A stretch of DNA of 64,000 bases from Octopus sinensis (lineage: Eukaryota): contig NC_043002.1 in NCBI RefSeq assembly GCF_006345805.1, forward strand, positions 77,624,001 to 77,688,000, written 5' to 3'. The notes beneath the pieces are model-generated. The model worked only from the letters and a program-made list of their open reading frames with translations, did no database searches and was not told where the DNA came from. Both the position numbers and the translations under genes were made by a program. This document shows, one piece after another, positions 24,416 through 37,910 of the stretch; within the stretch, counting starts at the first letter, position 1; the number at the start of each line of letters is the position of its first letter.

Positions 24416-25295
24416 GACAGAGAGACATAGATATATAGATAGATAGATACACATACATATATGTGAGAGTTTGTGTGTTTGTGTGTGTGTGTGTGTGCAA
24501 GTGTGTGTGTCTGCCTGTCTGTCTGTGTTTGTATTTGTACCCCATCACCATCTGACAACAAGTGTTGGTACATTTACGTCCCCATAACTTAACAGTTCAG
24601 CAAAAAAGACCAATAGAATAAGTATCAGGCTTTACAAAAAAATAATAAACACTGGTGTTGATTCATTCAGCTAAAAGTCTTTAAGACAGTGCCACAGCAT
24701 GGCTGCAGTCTAATGACTGAAACAAATAAAAGATATATATATGGACATGGAACAAGGAAGTGAAGCATGATCTTGGAATTTTGAGTCACACAGAGGCAAT
24801 GACTAATGACTAAGACCTCTATCAATGTGCTGTGCTTGAGAGGACCTGTCAAGCCAAGTGCACCCGTGCTGATGGCACGTAAAGAACACCTTTCGAGTGT
24901 TGGGCCTCACGGAGGCAAAGTGGCTGAGTTCCTTTGGAGTATGTGCCACATGGAGCCAATGACCGAAACTCTTGGCATTATGTTGTGCAAAATTGCAGTC
25001 ATGTCACGCAAATTAGCACCTGTGCCGGTGGCACATAAAAGCACCCTGATGTCACGTAAATGGCACCCGTGCTGATGGCACCCATTACACTCTTGGAGTG
25101 GTTGGCATTAGGAATGGCATCCAGCCTTAGAAAACCATGCCAAATCAGACTGGAGTCTGATGCAGCCTTCCAGCATGCCAGCCCTGGCCCAACCACCCAA
25201 CCCATTCCAGCATGGAAAACAGACATGAAATGATGATGATGAGATATATATATATATATATATATATAAACACACACACACATACGTATATATAT

Positions 25296-25335
<40 letters not shown>

Positions 25336-25637
25336 ATACACACACACACGTATATATATATATATATAAACACACATATATATATATACATATATACACA
25401 CGAACACGCACACAGGCATGCATGCACACACACACATGTATATCAGGTAAATATAAATATATATATATATATGATCAGGTAATAATTATAACAAGTTAAT
25501 TAGTATTACTGCAGTATCAAGTAAGTTATTAGCAATAGATCATATAATGAAAGAATGTTTTCCTTAATAGAAGACATTCCTGAAACATGCTAAAACTACA
25601 AAAGAAATATTCCATAGATGTTAAAACACAATTATAC

Positions 25638-25676
25638 CATGTGAATTGTACAATAGGTACATTGGATCTTTGTGTG
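25638..25676 (-). other. Candidate 39-nt exon
   Basis: tttttcttttgctaatccttttaactgacccttatag|CACACAAAG...TTCACATG|gtataa. All three frames are open. Confidence 0.22.
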
Positions 25677-25837
25677 CTATAAGGGTCAGTTAAAAGGATT
25701 AGCAAAAGAAAAACCATCAGGACAGAAAACACTAGCTCTGAAAACTCATCCAATCCATATCGGCATCGAAAACAGACAAAAGACATAGAAACCATACCAA
25801 AGCTGAGATTGGAGCTCGACACAGTAGTGATGACAAT

Positions 25838-26062
25838 AAAGCGGCAAGCTGGCAGAAACGTTAGCACGCCAGGTGAAAAGCATAGCCATATTTCGTCTGC
25901 CGTTATGTTCTGAGTTCAAATTCCGCCAAGGTCAACTTTGCCTTTCATCTTTGCGGGGTCAATAAATTAAGTACCATTTATGCACTGGGGTCGATGTAAT
26001 CGACTTAATCCCTTTGTTTGGCCCCTCTGTGTTTAGCCCCTTGTGGGCAATAAAGAAATAAG
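25838..26062 (+). mobile_element. tRNA-derived SINE (family B)
   Basis: GCGGCAAGCTGGCAGAAACGTTAGC...GAGTTCAAATTCC, a central CTTTGCCTTTCATC-TTT-CGGGGTC segment (possibly a Meta-type domain), and a 3' end AATAAAGAAATAAG. Confidence 0.85.
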
Positions 26063-26075
26063 TACAAGATCTCAC

Positions 26076-26091
26076 CTGGTGAACATATATC
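26076..26091 (-). other. Candidate 16-nt micro-exon
   Basis: gtttttgctatgtttag|GATATATGTTCACCAG|gtgaga. All three frames are open. Confidence 0.25.
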
Positions 26092-26585
26092 CTAAACATA
26101 GCAAAAACTATATCTCAAAGATGATAGAAAATGCTTCATTCTTCAACTATTACCTGACACGAGTGGCACTCTGTAGGTCACAATGGCAAGGACTCTAGTT
26201 GATCTAATTAACCATACAGCCTGCTCATGAAATTAATGTGTAAGTGGCTGAGTACTCCACAAACCCTAAACGAAGTTCTCAGGAAAATTCAGCATAACAC
26301 AGAATGGGACAAGGTTTACCCTTCGAATCACAGGTACAACTCATTTTTGCCAGTTGAGTGGACTGTAGCAATGTGAAATAAAGTGTCTTGCTCAAGGATA
26401 CACTGATTCATCAGGAACCAAACTCACAACTTTACAAAATATATAGGCACAGGTGTGGCTGTGTAGTAAGAAGCTTGCTTCCCAACCATACGGTTCTGGA
26501 ATTAGTCTCACTGCATGGCACCTCAGGCTGACTAAAGCCTTGTGAGAGGATTTGGTAGACAGAAACTGAAAGAAGCCTGTTGTGT

Positions 26586-26623
<38 letters not shown>

Positions 26624-26864
26624 ACCACTGCTTGACAACAGATGTTGGTGTATTTACATCCTTGTAACTTCGCAGTTCAGCAAAAGAGATTGATAGAATA
26701 AGTACCAGGTTTTAAAAAATGTAAGTAGTGGGGTTGATTCATTCAACTAAAAATTCTTCAAGGTGGTGTTCCAGCATGACCACAGTCTAATGACTGAAAC
26801 AAAAGATAAAACCAGAATTGCTAATAAAAGATTAAGATTAGAAACAGGCTTCTTCAGTTGTTAC

Positions 26865-26929
26865 CTTACAAAAGCTTCAGCTTGAATGACCAAAGTTAAA
26901 AGAGCCAAGAACAACACTATATGTACCAT
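26865..26929 (-). CDS. Candidate first coding segment encoding a signal-peptide-like sequence
   Basis: gaaATGg starts MVHIVLFLALLTLVIQAEA-F(V), with an in-frame TGA two codons upstream. Donors TTT|gtaagg (26870) or AG|gtaaca (26865). Strong acceptor tctctctctgtttcag| at 27053. No homology recognised. Confidence 0.3.
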
Positions 26930-27353
26930 TTCCTGTCAGAGCCTCACTGACCATATTCTTCCATAGTAATGAAGTAGAAGTCTTTGTTTTTGAGGAAAGA
27001 GATGCAAGAGAATAGGTTGACGACAATCTTCCAAGAAAACAGCGCAACTGATTCTGAAACAGAGAGAGATGGAGGGACAAATTAATCCAAATTAATTTGA
27101 TTGGCAAGCTGGCAGAATCATTAGCACAGCAGGCAAAATGCTTAGCAGAATTTGAACTCAGATCCGTCACACATTCTGATTTCAAATTCCATCTAAGTCA
27201 GCTTTGCCTTTCATCTTTTCACAGTTGATAAGACAAGTACCAGCTGAGCACTGGGGTTGATTTAATCAATTTAACTACTCCTGGGTATGAGTATAAAAAT
27301 CACACCCTTCTGCAAACCATGTCAAGCCAGTGTGGTAGAATAGGCTCATCAAA

Positions 27354-27585
27354 GGCGGCGGGCTGGCAGAAACATTAGCATGCTGGGCGAAATGCTTAGC
27401 AGTATTTCGCCCGTCTCTATGTTCTGAGTTCAAAATTCCGCCGAGGCCGACTTTGCCTTTCAGCCTTTCAGGGTCGATAAATTAAGTACCAGTTATGCAC
27501 TGGGGTCGATGTAATCGACTTAATCCCTTTGTCTGTCCTTGTTTGTCCCCTCTATGTTTAGCCCATTGTGGGCAATAAAGAAATA
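27354..27585 (+). mobile_element. Young full-length SINE (family B) with a perfect 17-bp TSD
   Basis: AGAATAGGCTCATCAAA at 27337-27353 and 27586-27602. CpGs are retained. Confidence 0.93.
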
Positions 27586-28504
27586 AGAATAGGCTCATCA
27601 AACCAGTATGTTCTCATTCTCAAATTCACAGCCTGCAAATAGGACCATAGTTAGTGGAGAGAACATGCTGATATCCTCATCCTGACATGGACTGAACATG
27701 GCAATCCAATCTGATCAAAACTTCACTAGCATATTACTTTATCTATTGTCAATCTCGAAAAGTTGAAAGACAAGGTTGACTTGCGTAGGATTTGAACTTA
27801 GAGTACAAAGGGCCAAAACAAATACTGCAAGGCATTTATCCAATACTCCAACAATTCTACCACTCAGTCACCTATATTAGAAAGGTTTCAAATTTTGGCA
27901 CAAGGCCAACAATTTTGGAGGAGGAGGTAAGTTGATTACATCGGCCCCAGTGCTCAACTGGTACTTATTTTATCAACCAAGGCAAGATGAAAGGCAAAGT
28001 TAACCTCGGCAGAATTTGAACTCAAAACATGTAGATGGACGAAATGCTGCTAAGCATTTTGCCCAGCATGCTAACAAATCTTCCAGTTTGCCGCCTTACC
28101 TATAGTAGAAAGTTTAAAACAGAAAATTGTGAGTAGCAGAAAGAATAGTACTAAGCTAAATGTCTTCTGGCATTTATTTACACTATTTAATGTTCTGAGT
28201 TCAAATCTTGGAAGAGACAAATTTTACTTGATTCCCATGGAAGCAGATTGTTCTAAAGAATAAAAGTGCCTATTATCATTTGACCCCCTGTCAGCTCTGA
28301 TCAAACAGAACTTTGGCTGTTATTTCTAAATTGTTGTGGAAGAAGTCTGACCACCCCCATGTGACTAAAAATGGATTGAGACATTTCTATTAGATAGACA
28401 ACTGTCGAATCGTCCGCAGTTTGGGTTGGTAAGCACTTCACTGTGAGTCATGACTGAAGGTGTTGAGTATTGTGTAATATTAACAGTAGTGCATCGTGTA
28501 AATA

Positions 28505-30185
28505 CAGGGTGTTCAAAAAGTCTCTCCACAGTGAAATTTTTCATCCTGCGCATGCACAACTTGGCTATCATAGCATTGGTGGCCAGGTGTCAGCCATTGT
28601 TCCTCAGTCGTTGTGTACCCTTCAGCGTGTCGACATGCTAACTATTGAAGAACATACATTTTTAGTTGAACGGGTATTTCGAGCTGGAAACAAATATACA
28701 GATGCTATGAGACAGAAGTTCAGTGAAACTTTCCCAAATACTGTTGTTCCCACATCATGACACTGTGTGGGATTTGATAAGAAAATTTAAAAACACACTC
28801 TCTCTTTTTTTCTCTTTTTACTTGTTTCAGTCATTTGACTGCGGCCATGCTGGAGCACCGCCTTTAGTCGAGCAAATCGACCCCAGGACTTATTCTTTGT
28901 ACGCCCAGTACTTATTATATCGGTCTCTTTTGCCGAACCACTAAGTGATGGGGACGTAAACACACCAGCATCAGTTGTCAAGCGATGTTGGGGGGACAAA
29001 CACAGACACACAAACATATACACACACATACATATATATATATATACATATATACGACAGGCTTCTTTCAGTTTCCGTATACCAAATCCACTCACAAGGC
29101 ATTGGTCGGCCCGAGGCTATAGCAGAAGACACTTGCCCAAGATGCCACACAGTGGGACTGAACCCGGAACTATGTGGTTGGTAAGCAAGCTACTTACCAC
29201 ACAGCCACTCCTGCGCCTATATAAAAACTTGTTGCCAACCTCCGGATGCCGAAACTCTCCAATATTTCTGATAAACTGTCGGCAAGCCCATCAAAGTCCT
29301 TACACAAAATGTCACAGGAAGTGGAAATCAGCCTAGGAAGTGCTCACACAGCAGTAAAACAGAAATTAAATTTCTTTCCATACAAAGTGCTGGCCATTCA
29401 AGAATTGAAGACTACAGATCATACTAAAAGGTTTCATTATTGTCATTGGTTCCAAAACTTTGTTGCCAAAAAAGACATAGAAGTGCTGGATGGGTGTTTT
29501 TACACTGATGAGGCTTGGTTTCATCTGTCAGGACACATAAATTCATAAAACACAGGGTTATGGAGCACTAAGAATCCACATGCGATGCATGAGCAGCCTC
29601 TGCATTCTGAAAAAGCTGGAGTATAGATATTGTGGGACTGATATTTTTTGAAGACACCATCAACACCGAGAGATATTGCTCAAATATTGTCTATCCATTT
29701 GTAGGCTAACTCACTGATAGTGAAATTAATAATGCATACTTTCAGCAAGATGGAGCTACAGCACATACTTTGCACATCACCATAGCACAACTTCAAGAGT
29801 TTTTCAGTGAATGGATTATTTCGAAGGGACTTTGGCCACCAAGATCACTTGATTTAAAACCGCCAGACTTTTTTTTCTGGGGAGCAAGTAAAGGATCTGT
29901 GTACAAGAATCGCATGAAAACCATTAATAAGCTAAAAAAAAAAAAGGGAGCAATCATAAACTTCACATGGTCCATACCATGTCAGATTCTCCAAGATGTA
30001 TTTCAAAACACGTGTAGAAGAGTCAACTTATGTAGTGAAAATTAAGGACGACACTTTCAACACCTCTTATAAAGTTTTTTAAAATCTTGAAAAGTTCAAT
30101 ATATTCTTTTGTAGTCTTATACCATTTTACAAATATTTATTGTGCAATAAAATACTTACTGCAGAGAGACTGTTTGAACACCCTG
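28505..30185 (+). mobile_element. Near full-length decayed Tc1/mariner-superfamily transposon (rosa/Visitor-like; D-D spacing 38)
   Basis: TA|CAGGGTGTTCAAAAAGTCTCT ... AGAGACTGTTTGAACACCCTG|TA. Motifs MLTIEEHTFLVERVFR, FYTDEAWFHLSGHINS, YFQQDGATAHT and WPPRSLDLKPPDFFFWG are present, with stops and frameshifts. Confidence 0.92.
28795..29221 (-). mobile_element. tRNA-derived SINE (family A) nested in the mariner element
   Basis: Head GGCGCAGGAGTGGCTGTGTGGTAAGTAGC...GGGTTCAGTCCC, internal microsatellite, TSD TAAAAAC (28788-28794 and 29222-29228). The family recurs many times (e.g. near 26440, 31125, 35305, 35650, 58270, 58710, 61560). Confidence 0.92.
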
Positions 30186-31124
30186 TACTTTCTATCCCCA
30201 CTGCTTCATTAAATGATATATCCAAAATGCAAGGATATAAAATAAATAGTCAAGGTATCATTTAACAGCTCCTTTGATGACTTGTACAAGTACCTGTTAT
30301 ATACTGAGGCTGATCCAAACTACTAATTACTCATTCTCCTTCACAAATTTTCGAAATCAATATTACAAAAGTTTAAGCTAACCCCTCCTCAATAACAAAA
30401 AAATCAAATAACATTGATAAAATAAAACAAAACACAAATTTATAAAAGAAAATTAACAAAATTACAAACAGCCACAACTTAAAATAAAACATTTGATATT
30501 CTTCAAAGGGAAATAAAACAAAATTGTAAAAGGATTTTCCAAAATAATCAATGGAATTAAATGATCTGGTAGTTAGAGAAACACAGGTGCACTAAATTGA
30601 ATGTACTCTTCACTAATATAGCACCTTAACTTGTTAGCCTACTACATCCTACATCGTGTGCACTATAAACACTTGATTGCTAATATATCAGAAAAAAGAA
30701 AAACAGCAAAATATTTTTTTTAAAAAACCAACAAAACAAAAGGCTTAGGTTTTTAGAAAAGATAGAAGTTAAAAGAGGTGGATAGGAAGAAGAAAAAAAG
30801 TATTAACATCATTGAATATCATCCAAATTACAGATCACGATGACATACCTATAAAATTAGTAACAAGTGATGCATCCATTCTGAACACATGCATCAACAT
30901 TGAATATATTATCATCATTGTAATCATCATCATCATCATCTTCATTGTTATAACAATCCTCATCATTTTACATCAGCCTTCCATGCTGGCATTGGTTGGT
31001 GAACTGCATCAAGTCCTAATATTTCCTTTGGCATAGTTTCTATGGCTGGATGCACTTCCTAATTCCAACCACTTTACAGAGTGTATATACATATACATAC
31101 ATAAATACATACATACATGCACAT

Positions 31125-31328
31125 GGTGCAGGAGTGGCTGTGTGGTAAGTAGCTTGCTTACCAACCACATGGTTCTGGGTTCAGTCCCACTGCGTGGCAC
31201 CTTGGGCAAGTGTCTTCTACTGTAGCCTCGGGCCAACCAAAGCCTTGTGAGTGGATTTGGTAGACGGAAACTGAAAGAAGTCCGTCGTATATATGTACAT
31301 ATATATGTGTGTGTGTATGTGTGTGTGT

Positions 31329-31389
<61 letters not shown>

Positions 31390-31520
31390 TGTTTCTGTGT
31401 TTTCCCCCAACATCGCTTGACAACCGATGTTGGTGTGTTTACGTCCCCATCACTTAGTGGTTTGGCAAAAGAGACTGATAGAATATGTACTAGGCTTACA
31501 AAGAATAAGTCCTGGGGTCT
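31125..31520 (+). mobile_element. tRNA-derived SINE (family A) with a long internal (TG)n
   Basis: Same head, body and tail as 28795-29221. Confidence 0.88.
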
Positions 31521-32229
31521 TAAAAGAGTAAAAGAGAGTAAGGAAATGATAGAAAAGAGGGTAATGACAAGAAAAGTGCCAGGATGGGTAGGTGAAAGAA
31601 GCAAAGGCATGATGGGAGAAATAGGGTGGTTGGGTTGAGGGAGAGAGAGTGATGACTGGCAGTCTAGAAAAGGGTAAAGGTTGTGTCGATTGAGTACAAC
31701 ATATTCAAAGCAGTCTTTAATATATAAATTTTGTGATGGGAAAGAGAAGTAGATTGATGAGGATGGTGGTAGGAGGATAAAATGTAGGTGGGTTCCATAG
31801 CATCCAATCATATAATTGGCATAAGCAATAGACACAAACAATAGAGAAAAGAGTGGGAGAGAAATTAGAGGGTGCCAAGATGTAGTGGAGGTGGCAGAAG
31901 TAGATTGGACAGTACACACACACGCTTAAAAAGCGGAAGTCACTGTTACTTCAAATAGTCATCTTCTACAACTGTTTCAATAATCCTCACGTATCATCAT
32001 AAATATATAATTATGTAACAAGGAAATTCTACTGGATATAATAATCAATTTTCCAAGTTATTTGCATTTACACACACACACACACTATAACACTCAGTTT
32101 CCATCACTACCATTTTCTTTTTTTTATATTTGTAACATTCAATCTGTCATACTTCCACAAGCGTTCAGCTGCTCATGATGATTGCAAAGTAACAAATCAG
32201 CCAGAAATAACAGCAAAGTAACAGCAAAA

Positions 32230-32649
32230 GGCAGCGAGCTGGCAGAAACGTTAGCACGCCGGGTGAAATGCTTAGCGGTATTTCATCTGCTGCTACGTTC
32301 TGAGTTCAAATTCCGCCAAGGTCAACTTTGCCTTTCATCCTTTCGGGGTCGATTAAATAAGTACCAGTTACACACTGGGGTCGATATAATCGACTTAATC
32401 CATTTGTCTGTCCTTGTTTGTCCTCTCTGTGTTTAGCCCCTTGTGGGTAGTAAAGAAATAGGTATTTCGTCTGCCATTGCGTTCTGAGTTCAAATTTTGC
32501 CGAGGTCAACTTTGCCTGTCATCCTTTCGGGGTCGATAAATTAAATACCAGTTACGCACTGGAGTCGATGTAATTGACTTAATCCCTTTGTCTGTCCTTG
32601 TCTGTCTCCTCTATGTTTAGCCCCTTGTGGGAAATAAAGAAATAAGAAA
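32230..32649 (+). mobile_element. Head-to-tail SINE (family B) dimer with a single TSD pair
   Basis: A full copy (32230-32460) is followed by a 5'-truncated copy (32461-32649). TAACAGCAAAA lies at 32219-32229 and 32650-32660. Confidence 0.85.
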
Positions 32650-33082
32650 TAACAGCAAAATCAATAAGGTGCAAAAACAAAAATGAGCCCTGAAGTAACC
32701 TATCACTCTGTAGCTGCTACAATGGCCTCTGCTACTTGCAGCTAACTGGTTGTATATTCCTTCAACCGAAGCATACCCAAGAAATAAGTTGTTTCTTCTC
32801 CTCTTATCTCTCACACTGTGCATCCCTCCTCCCTGACTCCTCACTAACTACTTTGCTAATTCTTACTCAGTTCAACCTACCAAAAACAGTAGCTAAATCT
32901 CTCATAGATTCATACCCTGCTAGTTTACATTAAGACAGGATACATTAGAAGATGTAATGCTACATACCCCTAAAAAAAGAGGTGGAATGGTCATGGCTAG
33001 AATACCTTTGATCATAGACTTGGCCTTGGGGATGGGGTGAGGGGTTAAAATACAACAACTATCAATGATGGAGCCTCTACAT

Positions 33083-33431
33083 CAGTGGTTCTCAACAGGA
33101 ATCCATTTGGCGCCTGAGGGTCCATATAAGATTTCAGGGGGTCTATACAACAAAATAATAAATTGGATATCTGCAATACTATTTTAAGGGCCTCTGAAAA
33201 ACTTTTATTGAAAATGTATATGTTAGTATGTACTGCAAGAAATAGCGAGGTGTCTTTCTCTAACATTTTACATAGTTCAACCATCACAAGTTAATGAGTG
33301 ACAAACAAAATAGGAATTTTGAAAGAAGTTTCTATAAAACTAGTTTTTAAACATCGAATGGCCGTGGGGGTCCACCAGAATAAAATAGTAATCAAAGGGG
33401 TCCATAGATACAAAATGGTTGAGAACCCCTG
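33083..33431. mobile_element. hAT (Charlie-type) MITE
   Basis: TIR CAGTGGTTCTCAAC / GTTGAGAACCCCTG with a perfect 8-bp TSD CTCTACAT. Confidence 0.92.
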
Positions 33432-33876
33432 CTCTACATGGTCATCCAGTTTGCTAGAACTGGCAGCCAAATCCTGTTCGAATCAAATCAGCTTGCTATC
33501 TTCAAAAACAAAGGACACATTGAACACTATACAAAACCACAGGATGGTCACAACTGGAATGTCTTTAACTACAGATCTGTTCACCTGGAGTGCTGAACAG
33601 ATCTGAGGTTAAGCAACAGCACTAACACATGGAGAAGAGAAAAATTTCCAAGAAGCTATAAAGTACACTTCTACAATATTCACAGCATACATGAAAGACA
33701 TAAGAGAAATACCATTGTAGTTATGGAAGAGCAATAAACTGCAACCAGTACAACCTGTAAGGCATAGACAACAGCAAAACTAGTTGATATTCTCTGCCTT
33801 TGACATTGACCAAGACACAGTGAGACCTATCCGAGCCATGCCAGCATCGGGAAGAAAATAGATGCAAAAAAATGCT

Positions 33877-33918
<42 letters not shown>

Positions 33919-34082
33919 GATGATGATGGTGATGGGGGCTATGATAATGAAGTAAATACATGGACATATAAGAAAAATATGCATATGCACGCATATACAT
34001 ACACATCCAAATTGCATCTTCCTATACATACATGCATACATACATACATACATACATACATACATACATGCATTCATACATG

Positions 34083-34145
<63 letters not shown>

Positions 34146-34346
34146 GCCTATATACATATACATACATACCTGCATGCATACATACACTCATACATACATA
34201 CATGCTTGTACCATGTACATGAGGTATGCTACTTAGTACACACAAAATAGGCACACACACACCGACATACACACACACATATATACATATATCTATATAC
34301 ATGTGTATATATACACACACACACATATACATAAATATATATATAT

Positions 34347-34393
<47 letters not shown>

Positions 34394-34409
34394 ATACATA
34401 TATATGTCT

Positions 34410-34444
<35 letters not shown>

Positions 34445-35649
34445 TTCCTGTTTTCTGCACTAACATAGAATAGTCTTGGATTCTTAGTTAAACATATGGT
34501 ATTTATTTTTTTATAACAATGTTGAAGTTTATTTTATTGTAGTGTTCAGCACGCTCTGTTTCAATTCCCACGGTGTGTGACTCCAATGTATGCTTGTGTG
34601 TGCGTATATACCCCTTAAGTAGATTCAAATGGTAAAGCCTGGGAATGTTTTACCGAAATTCACACTGTTTAAATAATTTATTGAATCTGTTGGGTGCAAG
34701 GCAGTTTCTCATCTGTTTTTTTAGAGAATCCCAACATTTTTTTTCTAGCCTTGTGCACTATTGTATATTCGCTGGAATGCATGCTCACATGTGTTTACAT
34801 TATGAGTATGTGTGTGTTTGTGTGCATGTGTAGAACTTGTTTGTATGTTTATGAATATGTGTGCATGTGTATGTTCTTTAATTTTTCTGGCAAAATAAAG
34901 AATTTCTTAGAAATATCAAAGCCTCTTTTCCCTGATTTTGGTGCTTTTTTTTTGCTTTTTCTTCTTTTTTTTTTTTTTTTGTCAGGCCATAAACAAAAAT
35001 AAGGAGAGGAAGAAAGATAAAAAGGGTTAATAAAGTAATATACTAATTATTTTAAAACCTTCACATGTATTTTCACTATTCTGCTGTAACTTTCATAGAA
35101 TTTAGGTTCACTACCATATTTCTTAGCTGGAAACCTATAAAATTGTCAATGGTGCTGTTTAGACAAGTTGTTCCTAAACTTTCCACCCCACCTTTTTTTT
35201 AAAAAAAGTTGCAGGGTGCTTTAGAGTAGATTGTAAATATTACAGTGTACTTTGAACATAAATTCAAAAAACGTATTTAAAAAAGTATTTATACATTTTA
35301 CTAAGTGCAGATGTGGTTGTGTGACAAGAAGCTTGCTTCCCAACCACATGGTTCTGGGTTCAGTCCTACTGCATGGCATCTTCAGCAAATGTCTTCTACT
35401 ATAGCCGTGAGCCAACCAAAGACTTGTGAGTGGATTTAGTAGACAGAAACTGAAAGAAGTCCATCATGTATGTGTGTGTATCTGTGTGTGTGTGTGTGTG
35501 TGTGCATGTGTGTGTGTTTGCATGTGTGTGTGTGTGTATTTGTTTCTTCATGTCTGTGTTTCTCTCTCACCAGTTTGACAACTGATACTGGTGTGTTTAT
35601 ATCTCAGTAACTTAGCAGTTCAACAAAAAAAAACAATAGAATAAGAACC

Positions 35650-36070
35650 TTACTCTTTTACTCTTTTACTAGTTTCATTCATTTGACTGCGGCCATGCTG
35701 GAGCACCGCCTTTAGTCAAGCAAATCGACCCCGAGACTTATTCTTTGTAAGCCCAGTACTTATTCTATCAGTCTCTTTTGCCGAACTGCTAAGTGACGGG
35801 GACACAAACACACCAGCATCGGTTATCAAGCAATGCTAGGGGGACAAACACAGACACACAAACACACACACATACACATATATGTATATATATACATATA
35901 TATGACAGGCTTCTTTCAGTTTCCGTCTACCAAATCCACTCACAAGGCATTATTGGTCGGCCCGGGACTATAGCAGAAGACACTTGCCCAAGATGACACG
36001 CAGTGGGACTGAACCCGGAACCATGTGGTTGGTTAGCAAGCTACTTACCACACAACAACTCCCGTGCCTA
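35650..36070 (-). mobile_element. SINE family A nested in the opposite orientation inside an older family A copy (about 35305-36150, +)
   Basis: The host SINE tail breaks at GAATAAG and resumes AATAAGTAAATACTGGGG after the insert. Confidence 0.82.
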
Positions 36071-36339
36071 AATAAGTAAATACTGGGGTTGATTCATTTG
36101 ACCAAAATTCTTCAAGGTGTTGCTCCAGCATGACTGAAGCAATTAAAAGGTAAATGACAAACGATATAGGTGCTTGCATGGCTGTTTGTTTAAGCAGTTC
36201 GCTTTGCAACTGTGCAGGGTTTTCAGATTCAGTAACACTGAGCATCACTTTGGATTAATGTCTGCTACTATAGCCCCAGGTCAACAAATGCCCTGTGAGT
36301 GAATGGAAGGAGGACACTGTGAAGAAGACCTTCAAACAA

Positions 36340-37910
36340 TCAGAGATTTAGAGATGTGCTAATTAAAGCATTTGATGAAAAGGAGGAGGAGATGCAGATA
36401 TTTAATATAGAAGACAACTGGAAGTTCTTATAAGGCAACCTACTAAAGGCTACAGTCCAAATCAGTGGCTGATGCAAAATTCCAGTAAAACCAAGGGTGA
36501 TGAGGTGGTGGAACAGGGCAGTAAAGAGAGAGAGAGATAAAAGCTAAGAAGCAAGCTTAGAAGATTTAGAAGAATGAGAGCAGCAGAGAACTGTATCAGG
36601 TAGAAGAGAAGCTAGGAGACAAGTCTATTTAGAAAGGTGAAAAGCAGAAGAGGACCGACGGAATGAGGTATTCCAGATTGCAAGACAATGTACCAGAGAA
36701 AGTCAAGATGTTATGGGAAAGAAGTGGGTGCTGAAGAACAATGGCACACTAGCACTTAGTGATTCTGAAAAGAAAGAGGCATGGAAGTGCTTTTATGGAA
36801 AGCTACTAAATGTGGGAAACAAATGGGAGAAATTGAGTCTTCTAATGTGAACTTGATAAAGGGTCCATCAAACCATCTTGTTGGCAGCAGTGTTATAGAT
36901 AAAGTAATTAAAATTATGAAAACTGGGAAAGTCCCTGGTCCATCAGGAATTACCTCTGAAATGCTTAAAATATGTGGTGGAGTAGGATACAGCCTAGTCA
37001 TAAGCATGATACTTTGCTGTACAATATGATAGTCACATAGCAGAGTATTGTACACAATGACTGGTGTAGCAGTATCATAGTTAACTGTTACAAGGGTAAA
37101 GGAGATGCTTTAGAGAGAAATAATTACAGAGGTATCAAATTACTGGACTGGGTTATGAAAGTCACTGAAAGAGTCATAGCCCAGTTAATTGGAAAGAGAG
37201 TTAATGTACATGAGATGCAGTTTGGTTTTGTGCCAAGGAAAAGCACTGATGCTCTCTTTATAGTTCAACAACTGTAAGAGAAATATTTGCCATAAATCCT
37301 CGAGTATAATCCGTATTTTTTCCCCAAAATTTAAAGGTCAAAATCCCTAGTGCATACTATATACGAGGTTAAAAACGAAAAATATTTTCAAAGCAATGTC
37401 CAAGTCTCTATTTGCTGTCTGGCAATGTTTATTCAGATGCATTTTGTGATATTGGACGCGAAAATACCTTAAGCTAAGCCAGAAAGCAATTAAGTCATAA
37501 AAGAATCATCCATAACATGCAATAAGCAACATTTGTTAAACGTTATTACTGTTATTTCTTTATTTTCTGCAAACAAAACGCACAAAAAAGCTACACGTTT
37601 GCATTATGTTATATATACAATAATAATAAAGGACGTTACCATATACATTTTTACAAACCAAGGACGTTATATAGACCTCTTTGACTCAAGTTAGAGAAGG
37701 GGTGCATATTATACACAAGGTTTAGGTTTTTCAGAGGTACAGCCCCCCAAAAAACCCCTGTGTATTATACTCAATGGCGGACTATACTCAAGGATTTACG
37801 GTAGTCAAAAATAAACTACTGTACTTAGCATTCATCAATGTGAAGTAAGCTTTTGATAAGGTGCCTTGCTGCTTCATCTGGTGGTTGCTGCAGAATATAA
37901 AGGAAGGAAA
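36340..37910 (+). mobile_element. Decayed RTE-clade LINE ORF2 fragment (linker plus N-terminal RT), interrupted by a MITE
   Basis: MKTGKVPGPSGITSEMLK...NDWCSSIIVNCYKGKGDALERNNYRGIKLL...MQFGFVPRKSTDALFIVQQL*EKYL|VKNKLLYLAFINVK*AFDKVP. The frame rejoins across the MITE. Confidence 0.88.
37290..37801. mobile_element. pogo/Tc2-type MITE
   Basis: TIR CCATAAATCCTCGAGTATAATCCG / CGGACTATACTCAAGGATTTACGG. TA target (TG on the left, TA on the right). Confidence 0.85.

Noticed and set aside
30849-30880. 32-nt minus-strand exon or recursive splice site (tag|gtatgt)
   Set aside because: Splice signals alone are not enough, and no recognisable product results when it is joined to neighbouring candidates.
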